Source: Ylistrum balloti (lineage: Eukaryota). From it: a stretch of DNA of 64,000 nucleotides. Each line of letters opens with the position of its first letter. The first letter of the stretch is position 1. The stretch covers positions 1,116,001 to 1,180,000 of the forward strand of contig NW_026781888.1 in assembly GCF_031769215.1 (NCBI RefSeq), given 5' to 3'. The notes under the pieces are model-generated. The model made no database searches and was not told the DNA's origin. It saw only the letters and a list, made by a program, of their open reading frames with translations. Made by a program: the position numbers and the translations under genes. Positions 61,763 through 64,000 of the stretch are shown in pieces.

Positions 61763-62727
61763 GGTCTTTTGTTATTCACTTGTAAGTCGATGGTCGATAC
61801 TGACGCGGTCCGGTGACTGACCATTATCAGGTTTACCTATGTAATCCGCTTACTTATTTAGTATTAAAGTAACATAGGAAATGGTCGGCCGAATTTTGAT
61901 CCAGCAAAAATCACCAACTACGTAGATGCCAGGGAGTGATACCTGAATATTTTACAAGCAGTAGTGAACAGATTGTATTTTAAGCTTGAATAATTCATTA
62001 TCATAAAGGTTGTAAGTGGATTGAGCACAAACAAATGCAACTGATGAAACATCCTCTTCTATGAGAGAGCGTTTCAGTGGGTTTTTCATCCCGTAAACAG
62101 CTAGTCTTTTGAGGCGGTGTCTAGCTGGTGGCTACTTCGCTGAACATACGGGAGGACCGCCGCTTGCTATCCAAAGTAAAGTTCTCTCTTCAGTAAATGA
62201 AACGAAATGACACCAAGATGATTAAATTATGTTTAGATGGAATTATCCTAGTTGAAATCAGATGTTTATGTTAAAATATCCTGTTAGATGTGAAGAAGAC
62301 TTAGAAGTTTCAATTGGCAAAAGTGACCGGACCTCTACCTCCCTAACTGTTTATAATTTCTGAACGGATTAGCGATATCAAGGCTTCATTTTAAACCAAT
62401 CCCAACTCCTTTTATGCCGTCAGTGAGGCGTTCCCTTGTGATCACCAATCTCAGGGTGAGTCTTTGGTATGGTCGTATGAAATGTCTTTTTGATGATGAT
62501 TTGTACTGCCTGGTTGACGTCTGCCATTGTTAACATACTAGTCAAGAGGTATGTATTGGCTTTTATTGGAAATAAGGGGGCACCTCCCTTTTGTACACGT
62601 TTGTAATCAATGTAAGATTGCCGACATCAGCAACTAGCAAATAGAGGCACAGGAACCAAACACAATTTACTTTCTTATAGATATACATAGATGGTAAACG
62701 TGTGATGACAGGAAACAATGTATACAG

Positions 62728-62890
62728 TATTCAAATCAAAATACGGCTTTAATCTTTTTACATATTTCCAGTGTATATATGTGTATATATATTCCAATCA
62801 AAAGACGGCATTAATAATTTTACATATTTCCAGTGAATATATGTGTATATATATTCCAATTAAAAGACGGCTTTAATCTTTTTACATATA
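62728..62890. repeat. 62-bp tandem repeat, about 2.5 copies
   Basis: ATTCCAATCAAAAGACGGC..TAAT..TTTTACATATTTCCAGTG.ATATATGTGTATATAT. Confidence 0.85.
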
Positions 62891-63948
62891 GCATATAGCG
62901 TGAAACAAGAGGTCATTTTACTAAGTAAGAATTGAAACATGGCTTGCAAATTAAGTTTTGACTAATTACATAATCTAGCAAAGTAATTCATGTATGATTA
63001 AATTACACAAAAATGCCCTAGAAATCTAATACATGTAAGTTATACAGACAGTGAAAACCGGAAGCATGGCATAGAGTAAATGAAGTTGTAACTTGTAATA
63101 CAACAATATTGACAGATCACTTAAGAATAAGATCAACGTTTAACATTTAACGATTATTGAAAATGGAAACCATTTTCTTCATATTAATGAAACTTGGATA
63201 TTTACAAAAAATAATTTTGAATTCATTTGTTTCTTAGTTGTGTTGTTTGTAAATAATTTTTAATTTTAAATAAAGTTTTCAATCATAAGAAGAATTCTAG
63301 GGAGATATTTAAAATAACATGTTTTCACAGTATTTGACTCTTGTCGTAAACCCCAGAGAATGGGAAACATATTTTTTGTCCCTTCCGGTTTTGATGCCAG
63401 TGACCATGTTTGGTTTGAATCGGTTCAGCGGTTCTTGTTCGTGAACAAAAGGCTCAGTTAACCTATGACCTTGTGTTGTATCCAGCGTATGACCGAGTGA
63501 TAAACCTTCGAAAAATAGACTCATCACACTTTCTCCTTGTTATAGGAAAGCTTGATACAGGAACATATTTTACACATAATTATTCATAGATTGTGGACAA
63601 AAAAAACTGATAAAAGTTTCACTAAGTTAACAAAACAATTTATTCATTCGTTTTATTTCTATCACTATCAGCATCTAACTACAATGGTCTAAGCAAATGC
63701 CAATGAATTTACAATATTTAATCTTTGTGGTATAATAAATATTTTATGCAAATTCCAAATATCCTGTTACATGTACATGATTTCAGTTTTATCCTTGTTC
63801 CTTTTACACCTTTTTCTGATTTAGTTAGTGTTTGAACCCTTAATTTTGTGTACTATTTACAGCAAATACAGCATTCACATCAATCATAGTTTAAATAGTT
63901 TTTGTCGTTTATGTCCTCAGTACTTTGAGTACTTTGATTTTGTTTTAG

Positions 63949-64000
63949 GACCGCCGGAGAAGCCATTGTAGCCTGTACAAGCCATCTGGTCAGACACCCA
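63949..64000 (+). other. Possible start of an exon of a downstream gene (truncated by window end)
   Basis: Strong pyrimidine tract TTTGATTTTGTTTTAG followed by an abrupt GC-rich segment open in two frames. Too short to identify. Confidence 0.3.

Noticed and set aside
63340-63590. Two overlapping short protein-like frames
   Set aside because: Each is closed by stops, lacks splice signals and has no recognisable motif.

Overview
AT-rich eukaryotic (animal, probably molluscan; inference from the Helentron-type interspersed repeats) genomic DNA. Positions 339-55171 (+) hold the 3' part of one very large, divergent dynein heavy-chain gene. I traced 51 GT-AG exons by hand, all phase-compatible, totalling 10,331 nt (about 3,440 codons). 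They run from the end of AAA1 through AAA2-AAA4, stalk/MTBD, AAA5, AAA6 and the C-terminal domain. The gene's 5' part lies upstream of the window. The protein has several long charged insertions, a degenerate AAA4 P-loop and a roughly 378-aa low-complexity tail beyond the normal dynein C-terminus, with a 15-aa repeat that varies mostly at synonymous sites. The introns carry about 25 mini/microsatellites, a decayed DD34E Tc1 transposon with intact TIRs and TA TSD, several Helentron-like non-autonomous elements, two tiny TIR/palindromic inserts, LINE and Penelope-like remnants, and one 211-N gap. The most striking unexplained pattern is that at least eight minisatellites are tandem copies of this gene's own splice junctions, stacking decoy donors or acceptors next to real exons. 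In four of these arrays the nearest decoy has lost its GT or AG. The last 9 kb has no confidently callable gene.
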